The translations under genes were made by a program, and so were the position numbers. 64,000 nucleotides of DNA. Source: an uncultured Clostridia bacterium. Lineage in GTDB: Bacteria > Bacillota > Clostridia > Christensenellales > UBA1242. Position 1 is the stretch's first letter. Each line of letters begins with the position of its first letter. Where the stretch lies: positions 227,453 through 291,452 of the forward strand of contig CALWJY010000015.1 of NCBI GenBank assembly GCA_944381135.1, read 5' to 3'. Of this stretch, positions 1 through 9,811 are shown piece after piece. The notes under the pieces are model-generated. The model was not told where the DNA came from. It worked only from the letters and a program-made list of their open reading frames with translations, and searched no databases.

Positions 1-1
1 T

Positions 2-511
2 GATGAAAATTGGATCCTTCTTTATGACAAAGACAGCAACGATGAAAGTCTGAATTGGGGTTTTCCGGATGGAATAGACAGCAGTTATAGGCGCGACTTC
101 CCTGATATAGAAAACTATAAAAAATTGAAATTCAGATTTAATCATGGCACTTTATATGAACACAGTGATTTTGTTTTTGACATAAGTGACATTTCTCCCG
201 AGTCCCCAAACAACTATAAATTGGTGACAACCAGCAAAGTTGTGAGCACATCAAATATGGCATTTTACACAGGGTCATTTACAATTCATTTTGATGAAGG
301 TGTCGACCAGGGCAAACTTGACATTTTGTCAATATATAGGATTGTAATTAAACGGAACAGCTATCCCGAAATCATAAAAAATACAGGCGATTTCTTTTAC
401 AGTCAAATTTGGGGAGTTCTGAAAGACGGTGTTTCAACATCAGGAAACACCGAATCTTCGGACATCTCGGAAAGTTCGACAGAAAATTCCGAAAGCACAA
501 CTGAAAACTAA
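2..511 (+). CDS. hypothetical protein, C-terminal fragment (frame open to window start) with Ser/Thr/Glu-rich tail
   Basis: Frame 2 has no stop from nt 2 to the TAA at 509-511. The listed ORF 125..511 is only the part after an internal TTG. No family recognised. Confidence 0.5.
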   Translation, partial: DENWILLYDKDSNDESLNWGFPDGIDSSYRRDFPDIENYKKLKFRFNHGTLYEHSDFVFDISDISPESPNNYKLVTTSKVVSTSNMAFYTGSFTIHFDEGVDQGKLDILSIYRIVIKRNSYPEIIKNTGDFFYSQIWGVLKDGVSTSGNTESSDISESSTENSESTTEN

Positions 512-589
512 GAATATAACTTTGGTTGTTTTGTTTGTTGCCAATTGTTTGTTTTGATTTCTAAATCACAAAATTTCATTTTAACTATC

Positions 590-1531
590 TCACGAAAACA
601 AGGATGTGTGACTTTTCAAAAAATCGCACATCTTTTTTTCGTAAACTGCACCTGCCACAACATATGACATTGCGTGGTCAGCTTCTGGAACAACAAATTT
701 TCCTCGCAAGTTTTGTGGTGTTGAGGAATATAAATTGTTGAGATTTTCAACTGGAACAAAGCCATCTGCCTGCCCATGTATGAAAAAAATTGGAATTTTT
801 GTCTGTTTGACTTGTTTGATTGCGTCTGCCTGCATCACATCAAAACCATGCACACGTTTGGTGAAACTGTAGGCAATTTTTTTGAAAAATTTTGGCACAA
901 ATTTATATCTTTTCATCACAAAGGAAATTTGTCTGTCTGCATTGTCAAAAGCACAGTCAGAAACAATGCCAACAACATTTTGAAGCTCTTTTTCCCCTGA
1001 CGCCATGCAAACTGTTGCACCACCCATTGAAAGTCCAAAAAGTAAAATTTTGTCGTTTGGTCTTTTTTCATTGACGAACTTCACCCAAGAAACCACATCC
1101 TTTCTGTCAGTCCAGCCAAAACTTATGCAAGTTCCCTCGCTTTCGCCATGAGCGCGCGCATCCACAGCCAAAACTGAAAAATTTTTGTCATAGAAAAATT
1201 TGCAATATTGTTGCATTTCAATGTATGTCTGTCCAAACCCATGAAAAACAATCACTGTGCGGTTGGAATTTGCCTCAAACAAATGTCCTACAAGTTTCAG
1301 TCCATCAAAACTTTGTGTTGTCACCTTTGAGAATTTGACTTTGTCCCACCAGCACAAATCCACGTTATATTTTTTCATTTTCTCTTCTAAGTTTCGGTTC
1401 AAAACCCTTGCCGTTATGCTTCTTCTTGAAAAAATGATTTTGAAAAGAACTGCACCCAAAAGCAAATACAACAAAAGTGCAGCAATAATCAAAATCACAA
1501 TTCCAAGAACAATCCATGCAAAAATTTTCAT
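590..1531 (-). CDS. alpha/beta-fold hydrolase with N-terminal membrane anchor
   Basis: Hydrophobic N-terminus (IFAWIVLGIVILIIAALLLYLLLGAVLF). HGFG oxyanion-type motif and GLSMGG nucleophile elbow (G-x-S-x-G). C-terminal ...HGQADGFV...DH. Confidence 0.8.
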   Translation of the reverse strand: MKIFAWIVLGIVILIIAALLLYLLLGAVLFKIIFSRRSITARVLNRNLEEKMKKYNVDLCWWDKVKFSKVTTQSFDGLKLVGHLFEANSNRTVIVFHGFGQTYIEMQQYCKFFYDKNFSVLAVDARAHGESEGTCISFGWTDRKDVVSWVKFVNEKRPNDKILLFGLSMGGATVCMASGEKELQNVVGIVSDCAFDNADRQISFVMKRYKFVPKFFKKIAYSFTKRVHGFDVMQADAIKQVKQTKIPIFFIHGQADGFVPVENLNNLYSSTPQNLRGKFVVPEADHAMSYVVAGAVYEKKMCDFLKSHTSLFS

Positions 1532-1625
1532 TTTTTCTCGCTTTTATGCAAATTTTGCGACTTTTTGTCGCGTTTAGATTTAATCTGAAAAACAAAAACC
1601 ATGTTTTGAAAATTTAATCTCAAAA

Positions 1626-2657
1626 TCAGTCAATCACCGCTTTGACAGGTTCTCCCGTTGTTGCATCTTGATAGGTCAGCCAATAGCCAAAGCCTTTTTC
1701 TTGATCAAGCGGAAGCCAAATTGGAAAACCTGCAAGTTCTTTTGGTGGTTCTTCATCAAAAACTGCCGGCACGCCATAGCAAACATATTTTATGTTGTTT
1801 TCGTCATCATACAGAAGTCCAAAAACAAAGAAGTCTCCATCATCTTCATATTCCACTTTCACCCATTTTGAAGACGGAATCAAACTTTGCAAATTGTTTT
1901 CAATTGGATGCGTTGCAAACAATTTGTCAATTTGTGGTTTAAGACGGTCAAAGAAAATGGGTTCTTTTTCAACATTTTGCTTGTCATCAGTTTTTTCAAA
2001 GTTTTCTTCTTCTCTTTGCTTTTCGTCAGACTGCAAAACAAAACTTTCTCTCCCTTGCGTTTGCTGTGCCTTTGTAGATAAACTTTGCAAATTCTCATTG
2101 TGCTCACCAACTTCGTCATCTTGTTTTTTGTGATTTTCAAAGAAGAATTTTTTATAAACGCAATTTGCGCACTTTGAGCAATCATCTTCGCACAAAGATT
2201 TGTCAATTGTCTTTTCAATTTCTTGTTTTTCTTTTTCATCAAAATCCACGTCAAACTCATCCAAAACCTGTTTTGCATGGTCAGCGCTCTGATTTTCGGC
2301 AAGCTCGCTGATTATGTTTGCATAAATTTCATCACTTCCGCCCTCGCTTGAGCCATACAAAATTGGACTTGGCACAGCATTTTGGAAGTTGATGATTGCT
2401 GCAGAAAACTTTTTTGGAATGCTTTTCAAATTGATGAAAAACTCATAAAGCATATGTGATTTCAGTGTCAAGCCCGCCTTTGCAACCTTTCCATCCTGAT
2501 AGATGCCCAAAGAGCAAATTCCATCCAATTCACGCGGGAAATTGTAGAGCCTAAGCGTTCCACAAACGCCCAAATCATCTTCTTGAAGTGTCAAAACTGC
2601 TTTCTTTTGACTGTCATGCTTGACATCACTTAAAACAATGCTTTTTCGATTCAACAT
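1626..2657 (-). CDS. hypothetical protein (acidic central region, Cys cluster CEDDCSKCANC, conserved-looking C-terminal beta region)
   Basis: 343-aa ORF with ordinary coding composition. No family recognised by eye. Confidence 0.6.
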   Translation of the reverse strand: MLNRKSIVLSDVKHDSQKKAVLTLQEDDLGVCGTLRLYNFPRELDGICSLGIYQDGKVAKAGLTLKSHMLYEFFINLKSIPKKFSAAIINFQNAVPSPILYGSSEGGSDEIYANIISELAENQSADHAKQVLDEFDVDFDEKEKQEIEKTIDKSLCEDDCSKCANCVYKKFFFENHKKQDDEVGEHNENLQSLSTKAQQTQGRESFVLQSDEKQREEENFEKTDDKQNVEKEPIFFDRLKPQIDKLFATHPIENNLQSLIPSSKWVKVEYEDDGDFFVFGLLYDDENNIKYVCYGVPAVFDEEPPKELAGFPIWLPLDQEKGFGYWLTYQDATTGEPVKAVID

Positions 2658-2783
2658 AAAAACCTCTCATACAATATATATTTTAATTTTTGAGAATTTA
2701 TGTTGAAAGTTTTATGTTGAAGAAATTTGTCAAAATTTGGCTTTTTTAACCGAAAAATTGCAATGGAACTTCAAAAACAATCA

Positions 2784-4784
2784 TTATTCCTCAGTTTTTG
2801 GAGTTTGTTTTTGTGATTTAGAATTTTTGAGTTTGCTTTCAACAAATTTGACAAGATTTTTGACATTGAAGCCTGCGTGAGAATATATCTCGTCTCCACT
2901 TGCGCTGGATTGATATTCCTCCACACCAAAGAAAACCCCTTTTTCGCCCAAAATTTTGAGCCACTTGCAATCGTTTGATGCCTCAATTCCAACCACGAGG
3001 CTGGCATCGTTGCTGATTATTTTGTTTTTATATGCCGTGCTTTGTTTCTCAAATACCTCAATTGAAGGCATGGAAACAACATTCACTTGATGTTTTTTCC
3101 TCAGTTCTTTTGCCACTTTCTGCGCCAAAACCACTTCAAAACCACTTGCAACAAGCACAATTTGTGGCTTTGATGTTGTATTTTCAAGAAGGTAGCCTCC
3201 CATAAGCGCTCCGTCAAAATCTGTGCCATCCACGTGCGGAATGTCTTGCCTTGAAAGCGCAAAGATGATTGGCATAAAGTTTTTGACGCAATTATAATAT
3301 CCCGCAATAAGTTCTTTGAAGTCACAAGGACGATAAATTGTGCTCCCTATGATTGCACGCAGTTGCGAAATCTGTTCGATTGGTTGGTGTGAAGCGCCAT
3401 CCGCCCCCACCACAATGCTGTCATGCGTAAAGAAAGACATGACAGGCAGTTTCATCATGGCGCGAAGTCTGAGTGCCGGAATGGCATAGTTTGAAAACGC
3501 CAAAAATGTCGAGTCAAATGTGATGAAGTCTTCATAAAGTGCAATTCCGTTGACAATTGCCGACATGGCATGCTCTCTGACACCAAAACGGATGTTTTTG
3601 CCTCTGCGATATCCAGCCGAAAAATTGCCCGCATTGTCAACAAACGCCATGGTTGATGGTGCCACATCGGCAGTTCCGCCAATCAGTTGTGGGCATTGAT
3701 AGGCAAGTTCGCTGAGCGCATAGTGATTGATTTTTCTTGTGCTTTGACCATCATATTTGGAAACATTTTTCAAAATTCTTTCAAAATTGATTTTCTTTCT
3801 GTCAAAGAATGCAATTAAAGATTTATAAAGTTCAGGATGTGTGCTGGAATACATCGCCAAATTTTGATTCCATTTTTCGTGATTCAGTTTTCCCCTGCGC
3901 GTGCTTGCCATGCAGAGTTCTCGGACATCGCTTGGGATATAGAAACTTTCCTTGACGCCCAAATTTTCTTTAAATGTGGCAAGTTCTTCTTCAGAAAGCA
4001 CTGCCGAATGCACAGCAGATGTGCCCTCTTTCTGAGTGCCAATTCCAATTGTTGTGTTGAAAATTATGATTGTTGGTTTCTTGCTTTTCTTTGCCCGTGC
4101 AATTGCTTGCGAGCAGAACCAGCAATTGTTTCCACTTGAAACTTTGATGACATTCCAGCCCATTGCCAAGAATTTCCGTGCAACATTTTCGCGATTTGAA
4201 AGACTGAGCGCGCCGTCAATTGTCACCTCGTTGCTGTCATAAAGCAAAATGAGTTTGTTCAACTTCAAATTGCCTGCAAGGCTGGCAGCCTCCATTGCGA
4301 CACCTTCCATAAGGTCTCCGTCACCAACAAAACAATAGGTGTGGTGATTGAAAATTTCAAAGCCAACAGTGTTGAAGCGCTCTTCCATGACAGTTTCAGC
4401 AATTGCCATTCCAACCGCATTTGCAACCCCTTGACCAAGAGGCCCCGTGGTGACTTCAACACCTTCCGTCACGCGATATTCAGGATGACCTGGCGTCTTT
4501 GAACCAAATTTTCGAAACTCTTTCAAGTCTTGCAAAGAAACATTGAATCCAAACATGGAAAGAAGAGAATAATAAAGCGCACTTGCATGTCCTGCGGAAA
4601 GCACAAGTCTGTCGCGGTTCAAAAAGTCTGTGTCTGATGCATCAAAATTCAAATGGTCTTTGAAAAGGGCAAACAAAATGGAAGAAGCACCAAGGCAAAC
4701 ACCCAAATGTCCGGACTTTGCATTGGTGATGGTTTCTGCCGAAAGGGCTTTAAGATAGTTTATTGCTTTTGTTGTTAAATTCAT
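2784..4784 (-). CDS. tkt: transketolase
   Basis: 666 aa. N-terminal SGHLGVCLGAS, ThDP motif GDGDLMEGV, and full-length single-chain architecture. Confidence 0.95.
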   Translation of the reverse strand: MNLTTKAINYLKALSAETITNAKSGHLGVCLGASSILFALFKDHLNFDASDTDFLNRDRLVLSAGHASALYYSLLSMFGFNVSLQDLKEFRKFGSKTPGHPEYRVTEGVEVTTGPLGQGVANAVGMAIAETVMEERFNTVGFEIFNHHTYCFVGDGDLMEGVAMEAASLAGNLKLNKLILLYDSNEVTIDGALSLSNRENVARKFLAMGWNVIKVSSGNNCWFCSQAIARAKKSKKPTIIIFNTTIGIGTQKEGTSAVHSAVLSEEELATFKENLGVKESFYIPSDVRELCMASTRRGKLNHEKWNQNLAMYSSTHPELYKSLIAFFDRKKINFERILKNVSKYDGQSTRKINHYALSELAYQCPQLIGGTADVAPSTMAFVDNAGNFSAGYRRGKNIRFGVREHAMSAIVNGIALYEDFITFDSTFLAFSNYAIPALRLRAMMKLPVMSFFTHDSIVVGADGASHQPIEQISQLRAIIGSTIYRPCDFKELIAGYYNCVKNFMPIIFALSRQDIPHVDGTDFDGALMGGYLLENTTSKPQIVLVASGFEVVLAQKVAKELRKKHQVNVVSMPSIEVFEKQSTAYKNKIISNDASLVVGIEASNDCKWLKILGEKGVFFGVEEYQSSASGDEIYSHAGFNVKNLVKFVESKLKNSKSQKQTPKTEE

Positions 4785-5245
4785 AAAATTCCTCCAATTG
4801 CTTTGATGACTTTGTCACACACAAAGTTGCAGTCAAGTTTTTTGACCTTCAATGTCAATGTGGAAATTTTTTCAAGTTCTTCAGACCTATTGTCATAGGC
4901 AATTTTGTTGATTTTTTCCTTTATGGCATTTCTTGGAACTTTCAAAAAAACAATCAAACTTCCATCCTTTAACGTTTCAAAATTGTGCGTCAAAGCGTCG
5001 AAACTGATTGAAACAACCACATTGACAAACGAAGAAATGTGCTGAAAAACTTTCTTTTCTGCGTTCAAAAGATATTCTTCCGAACAAAATTTTTTGATGG
5101 CATCTTTGTCAATTAAGTCATATTCCATCAAATCTTGCGCATCGCAGAACATCATATCCAAATTCTCGGAAAGAGTTTTGCCAATTTTTCTCGAAAAGTC
5201 ATCTTCCAGAGAGACAATGACAATTTTGTTGAATCCTTTCTCCAT
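4781..5245 (-). CDS. shikimate-kinase-like protein lacking the Walker A P-loop
   Basis: Collinear with AroK (IVIVSLEDDFSRKIGKTLSENLDMMFCDAQDLME versus IVLIGFMGxGKTT.G..LA..L...FiD.D..IE). GxxGxGKT is replaced by SLEDDFSRKI. Its stop overlaps the tkt start (ATGA). Confidence 0.6.
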   Translation of the reverse strand: MEKGFNKIVIVSLEDDFSRKIGKTLSENLDMMFCDAQDLMEYDLIDKDAIKKFCSEEYLLNAEKKVFQHISSFVNVVVSISFDALTHNFETLKDGSLIVFLKVPRNAIKEKINKIAYDNRSEELEKISTLTLKVKKLDCNFVCDKVIKAIGGIL

Positions 5246-5305
5246 ATGTTTATTTTATCACAAACTTCACATATTACAAAATTTTTTTGATGTGTTAATT
5301 TTAAT

Positions 5306-6409
5306 TTAAAGTGTTTTATGTCTAATTGCTGGTTTAAATCTTATGCTTTCTTTTCCTTTTTGGTCAATAAATTTGATGATGACAAAACACAAAAGACAAA
5401 GCACCACCACAACTGTTGGCAAATCTATGATTGTTGGGTTGTCCAAAATCACAAAATTGCCATCACTGCTCACACCAACTCCAATTGTTCCATCTGCTTT
5501 TGTCACAAAGATATCTTGAACGCCACAATCTTCCAAGCGTCTAAGCACCTGTTGAGCCGGATGCGAAGCGTCTCCCGCGCTTATGAAAGCATATTGAGGC
5601 TTAATTTTTTGCAAAAACTCTTCGGTGGTTGAATAGCGCGAGCCATGGTGAGCCACGGAAAGAAAATCAACTTGCAAATTCATTTCACGCTCCTCAAGCA
5701 TGGAAAGAAATTCATTCTCTCTGCTTGATGTGACATCTCCTGTGAAAAGAAAAGTCTTTCCAAAACATGTCAGAGCAACAAACGGACTGTAGGCATTTGT
5801 TTCGGAATAGGACTCCTTTTGCGCGGGATAGATGTCAATTGTGAAATATTTTGAAAACAAATGCTCTTCTTCTGTGAATTCAATCTGACAATTTGGCTCT
5901 TGATTTACTGCCGTGATTGCCTCATCATAGGCATCGGTATAAACAACTTCAAAACCATATGTATTTGCCAACAGAAATTCGCTTCTTGCAAGAATTTTTG
6001 GCCGATAGACCACAAACACATTATATTTTTCAAGTATGGCAGCAGCCCCTCCAACATGGTCGGCATCTGAATGAGTCAAAATCAAATAGTCCACATCCGA
6101 CAAATTGTTTTTGTCCAAAATCCAATCCACACTTTCAAGAAGGTCATCCTCTGAATCTTCACTGCCCGTGTCAATCAAAAGCGTTTCACGATTGGGCAAC
6201 ACAACAAATGTGGAAGTTGCCTGCCCCACATCAAGAAAATAGACTTGAAGTTCGTTTTGTGCAAGTGAGGAAAACCCATTAACTGAAAAATTAATTGTTG
6301 TTTGATTAAACAAAATCAGCACAAAAACAATGACAAAAATTGCAACCAAAGTCAATTTGATTGCATCGTTTTCGTTAAAATATTTGATTCTTCTCCAAAT
6401 TTTCTTCAT
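5306..6409 (-). CDS. ComEC/Rec2-related metallo-beta-lactamase-fold hydrolase, membrane anchored
   Basis: N- and C-terminal TM segments. MBL motifs LLIDTG and LILTHSDADHVGG, plus LSVAHHGS. Confidence 0.8.
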   Translation of the reverse strand: MKKIWRRIKYFNENDAIKLTLVAIFVIVFVLILFNQTTINFSVNGFSSLAQNELQVYFLDVGQATSTFVVLPNRETLLIDTGSEDSEDDLLESVDWILDKNNLSDVDYLILTHSDADHVGGAAAILEKYNVFVVYRPKILARSEFLLANTYGFEVVYTDAYDEAITAVNQEPNCQIEFTEEEHLFSKYFTIDIYPAQKESYSETNAYSPFVALTCFGKTFLFTGDVTSSRENEFLSMLEEREMNLQVDFLSVAHHGSRYSTTEEFLQKIKPQYAFISAGDASHPAQQVLRRLEDCGVQDIFVTKADGTIGVGVSSDGNFVILDNPTIIDLPTVVVVLCLLCFVIIKFIDQKGKESIRFKPAIRHKTL

Positions 6410-7248
6410 TAAACAAATTCCAAATCATCCAAATCTTTTGTCTTCTTTTTTGGCGCTTTGCCAGAAAAAAGTTGCATAATTTCCGGCATTTTGTCAATTG
6501 CACTCTTATATCCACGCTCAACCATCTCGTCAAGTCCTTCAAGTTTGGTGGATTTAAATTTTTTATTGTCTGTGGCAATTGTCACATCCGCGGAAATATA
6601 GCCCTTGATTGAGTTGCTTTTCATAAGTGTGCGCATGGCACAACTTAAAACATCCAAAACTTTGGTGCTTTCGGTGCCATACACGCGCGTGCTGTTGCAA
6701 TCAACAGCAACAACATAGTCGCAATCGAAATATCTTGGAATGTTTGCCGGAATGTTGTTTTGAAGCCCGCCATCGCAAAGAAGCATATTTTGAAATTCTA
6801 CAGGTTGAAAAATGCCCGGAACGCAACAACTTCCTGCAACCGCTTTGGCAAGGTTTCCATGACTTATGCAAATTTCCTTGGTTGTTTTGATGTCAACCGC
6901 GACGGCAGAAAATGGCGTTTTTAAATCTTCAATGTTGATGTCGCCAAAGGTTTCAATCATAAGGTTTTCAAGCCCATCCGTCTTTGAAGGCATGAAAAAA
7001 ACTCTGTTTGTGCGAATGTCTTTCACACGCAATTTTTTTGCGATGTCATAGATTTCCTTTGACGACATGCCAGAAGCGTATGCAGCACCCATGATGCTTC
7101 CAACGCTTGTGCCAGCAACATAGTCAAATTTCAAGCCAAATTCTTCAAACGCTTTGATGACCCCAATATGTGACATACCTCTTGCACCACCGCCACCAAA
7201 AGCCACTCCAATTTTTGGTTTTCTGTTTAAAAAACTGAACATTTTCAT
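6409..7248 (-). CDS. patatin-like phospholipase
   Basis: GVAFGGGGARG (oxyanion G-G-x-R/K-G), GTSVGS (G-x-S-x-G) and DGG catalytic Asp motif. Confidence 0.9.
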   Translation of the reverse strand: MKMFSFLNRKPKIGVAFGGGGARGMSHIGVIKAFEEFGLKFDYVAGTSVGSIMGAAYASGMSSKEIYDIAKKLRVKDIRTNRVFFMPSKTDGLENLMIETFGDINIEDLKTPFSAVAVDIKTTKEICISHGNLAKAVAGSCCVPGIFQPVEFQNMLLCDGGLQNNIPANIPRYFDCDYVVAVDCNSTRVYGTESTKVLDVLSCAMRTLMKSNSIKGYISADVTIATDNKKFKSTKLEGLDEMVERGYKSAIDKMPEIMQLFSGKAPKKKTKDLDDLEFV

Positions 7249-7419
7249 GAGATGATTATATCAAATTTTTTTCTATTTTAAAAATAAATAAATTGAGAAA
7301 CTTGAAAAATCATCAAAAATAAGAAAAATCAACTTTCACTTAAGCAAAATTCGCAATTTGAAGTCTTTTGAAAACAGCAACTTGTCATATGTTCTTTCAC
7401 GAAAAAATATAATGATTTT

Positions 7420-8136
7420 ATGAAAAAACATCATTCTTTTTTGTCTTTTGCACTTTTTGTTGTAAGCGTGTGTGCATGCGTGTCGGTTGCCCAACTCATC
7501 TCAACCGCGCTGGTGTCCTTAAATTTGTTCACGAATGCTTCGCTTTCCACCGAACAACAAACTGTCTATGCAATTTCCATGGCAAGTGATGAAAATGAAA
7601 ACAATTTGCAAACTCAAAAAACTTCACTGCAAGCGCAAAATGGCGCTGGATATGTCTTTCAAGTTGATGCAAAATTTCATTTGATTGCAAGCATATATGA
7701 AAATAAAGCCGATGCCGAACTTGTCAAAAACAATCTTGCAACAAACCAAATTTCAAGCGAAATTTTGGAAATCAAACTTCCGTCAAATTCAGTGGAAGGA
7801 AACTTTTCAAATGAAGAAAAGGTCGTTTTGAATGATTGCCTGAAATCCGATTTTGAAATTTTCAAAAAACTCTATGATGTGGCAATCAGCCTCGACACCG
7901 GCGTGCAAGATTTGACAAAAGCAAAATTGGAGTGCAACAGCATATATTCCTCTTTCGTCTCAACAAGGGTAAATTTTGAAACAATGTTCAACCAATCATC
8001 ACTTGAGGACATTCAAACCAATCTATCAATGGCGGAAACTCAACTTTCAAATTTAATTAATGAAACATATGAAACATCAACTCAAACTTTTTCTTCCCTC
8101 ATCAAACTGACCTATTGCAAAGTCCTTTTAGACTAA
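7420..8136 (+). CDS. membrane-anchored hypothetical protein (possible SPOR-like segment)
   Basis: N-terminal TM (SFLSFALFVVSVCACVSVAQLI). NGAGYVFQVDAKFHLIASIYENKADAELVKNNL resembles a SPOR repeat. Weak assignment. Confidence 0.55.
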   Translation: MKKHHSFLSFALFVVSVCACVSVAQLISTALVSLNLFTNASLSTEQQTVYAISMASDENENNLQTQKTSLQAQNGAGYVFQVDAKFHLIASIYENKADAELVKNNLATNQISSEILEIKLPSNSVEGNFSNEEKVVLNDCLKSDFEIFKKLYDVAISLDTGVQDLTKAKLECNSIYSSFVSTRVNFETMFNQSSLEDIQTNLSMAETQLSNLINETYETSTQTFSSLIKLTYCKVLLD

Positions 8137-8342
8137 AAATTTTAATTATTTAAAATTGTTTCAAAAATTATAAAAAAAATAAATAGAATTAATTAAAAAT
8201 ATAAAAAAATAATTAAAAAATAAAAAATTAAAAAATAATAAAAATTAATAAAAAAAACACTAAAAAATCTGTTTTTTTCGCATTTTTAATATATTAATAA
8301 TAATTTTTTAACATTTTAAAATCTAAAAATCATAAATTTCAC

Positions 8343-8371
8343 TTGACAGAAATATCCGTTTTTCCTTAAAT
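8343..8371 (+). promoter_or_regulatory. sigma-A type promoter for the XRE gene
   Basis: TTGACA (8343-8348), 17-nt spacer, TTAAAT (8366-8371), about 57 nt upstream of the ATG at 8429. Confidence 0.5.
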
Positions 8372-8428
8372 AGTAAAAATGTGTATATAGGGTAAACTCT
8401 AAATATAAAACTATTGTAGGAAGTTCTT

Positions 8429-8686
8429 ATGAAATTAAACAAAGCGTTTGCATTGATAGTGAGAGAAATCTTAAAGGAGAAGAAAATGACACAATACAAA
8501 CTTGCACAAGAAACAGGTTTATATCACAGCACTTTGACTGACATTCTCAATTGCAAATATAAAACTGCAAATTTTATGAATATGGCACTTATTATAAGAG
8601 CGCTTGGTGTGACAATGTCAGAATTTTTTGACAGCAACTTGTTTGATTTTAAAAATTTAGAATATAGAAGAAAAATGATGATTTAA
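8429..8686 (+). CDS. XRE-family helix-turn-helix transcriptional regulator
   Basis: KKMTQYKLAQETGLYHSTLTDILNCKYK...MSEFF is a typical HTH_3 pattern. 85 aa. Confidence 0.85.
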   Translation: MKLNKAFALIVREILKEKKMTQYKLAQETGLYHSTLTDILNCKYKTANFMNMALIIRALGVTMSEFFDSNLFDFKNLEYRRKMMI

Positions 8687-8696
8687 AGCAATAAAA

Positions 8697-8730
8697 AAAC
8701 TTTATCGGTGTGGATAAAGTTTTTTATTTT
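8697..8730 (+). terminator. rho-independent terminator
   Basis: AAACTTTATC-GGTGTG-GATAAAGTTT stem-loop followed by a T-run, 11 nt after the stop. Confidence 0.7.
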
Positions 8731-8770
8731 ATAAAATCTATTTAAACATTTTTTAATTTATAAACAATTT

Positions 8771-9649
8771 TTATTTAAAATCAACAACTTTAATTTCATA
8801 GTTTTCATCTGCCAAAACTCTTTTGCCATAAACATGACTCTTTATGCATTTGGCTGTTTGCTTTGCAAATTTCTTTGCCATGTCAAGTTCTTCCTTTGTT
8901 GGGGTTCCGCCTCTTTGAATTCTTCCAACCACTTGTGTCTTGACAATGTTTTGTCCAAGATTTTTGTTCATCTCGTCTGCAAGTTTGTTGATGTCCACAA
9001 TGTTTTCACGCATGATGATGCAAGTTCCCTCATCTTTTTGATGATTTTCTGAAACAAGTTTTGTCAAATTTTCAACATTCAATTCTTTCTCATTCCCAAC
9101 ACAGGCATCTGCTTCCGCTCTCTTCGCAACCGCCCTTGCAATTGCATCGCATGACCTGCCCATAACTTCAAAAATGCAGGCAGTGTTCATGGTTTCAATG
9201 CTTGGCATGGAATTTTGGACAGTCAACACTCCAGCATTCACCGCAGAGGAAAATCCAATTGAATATGCACAATCTTCAACATCGTTGTCAATTGTGACAG
9301 GCACAAAAAGTGTGTTAACGCCATTTTCAAAAAGTCTTTTTGCACCTTTTTCAGAGCCATTGCCACCCAAAATGACAACAACATCAAAATTCTTCGCATT
9401 TTGAAGCCCAATGTTGAAAAATTTTGTTTGTTTAAATTCTGGACAACGCGACGATTTGATGACCGCACCCGCACAATTTCGAAGCGATTTCACCATGACA
9501 TTTTCGAGAGGATAGATTTTGTTGTTGACAAGCCCCTCAAACCCCGCATATGCAAAAAAGATTTGTCCTCGAAACCTCTTGTGAAGTTCATAAATAAATC
9601 TGTTGATTCCCGGTGCATCACCGCCACTTGTGACAAGCAAAATTTTCAT
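8771..9649 (-). CDS. pfkA: ATP-dependent 6-phosphofructokinase (divergent, short)
   Basis: TSGGDAPGIN, GGNGS, PVTIDNDV, EVMGR, GRIQRGG. Start moved to the ATG at 9649, preceded by AAGGAGGA. Confidence 0.85.
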   Translation of the reverse strand: MKILLVTSGGDAPGINRFIYELHKRFRGQIFFAYAGFEGLVNNKIYPLENVMVKSLRNCAGAVIKSSRCPEFKQTKFFNIGLQNAKNFDVVVILGGNGSEKGAKRLFENGVNTLFVPVTIDNDVEDCAYSIGFSSAVNAGVLTVQNSMPSIETMNTACIFEVMGRSCDAIARAVAKRAEADACVGNEKELNVENLTKLVSENHQKDEGTCIIMRENIVDINKLADEMNKNLGQNIVKTQVVGRIQRGGTPTKEELDMAKKFAKQTAKCIKSHVYGKRVLADENYEIKVVDFK

Positions 9650-9811
9650 AACATCCTCCTTAGCAAATTTTTGATTCAAATTCTAAAAAGCGTGTTTTGT
9701 TAAAACAATTTTAACATTTTTATATGAAAATCGCAATTTTTTACGAAAATTTAAGCAATTTTTAACATTTTTTTAATTTCCCAACATCAATATAAACTTA
9801 AATTTCGTTTT

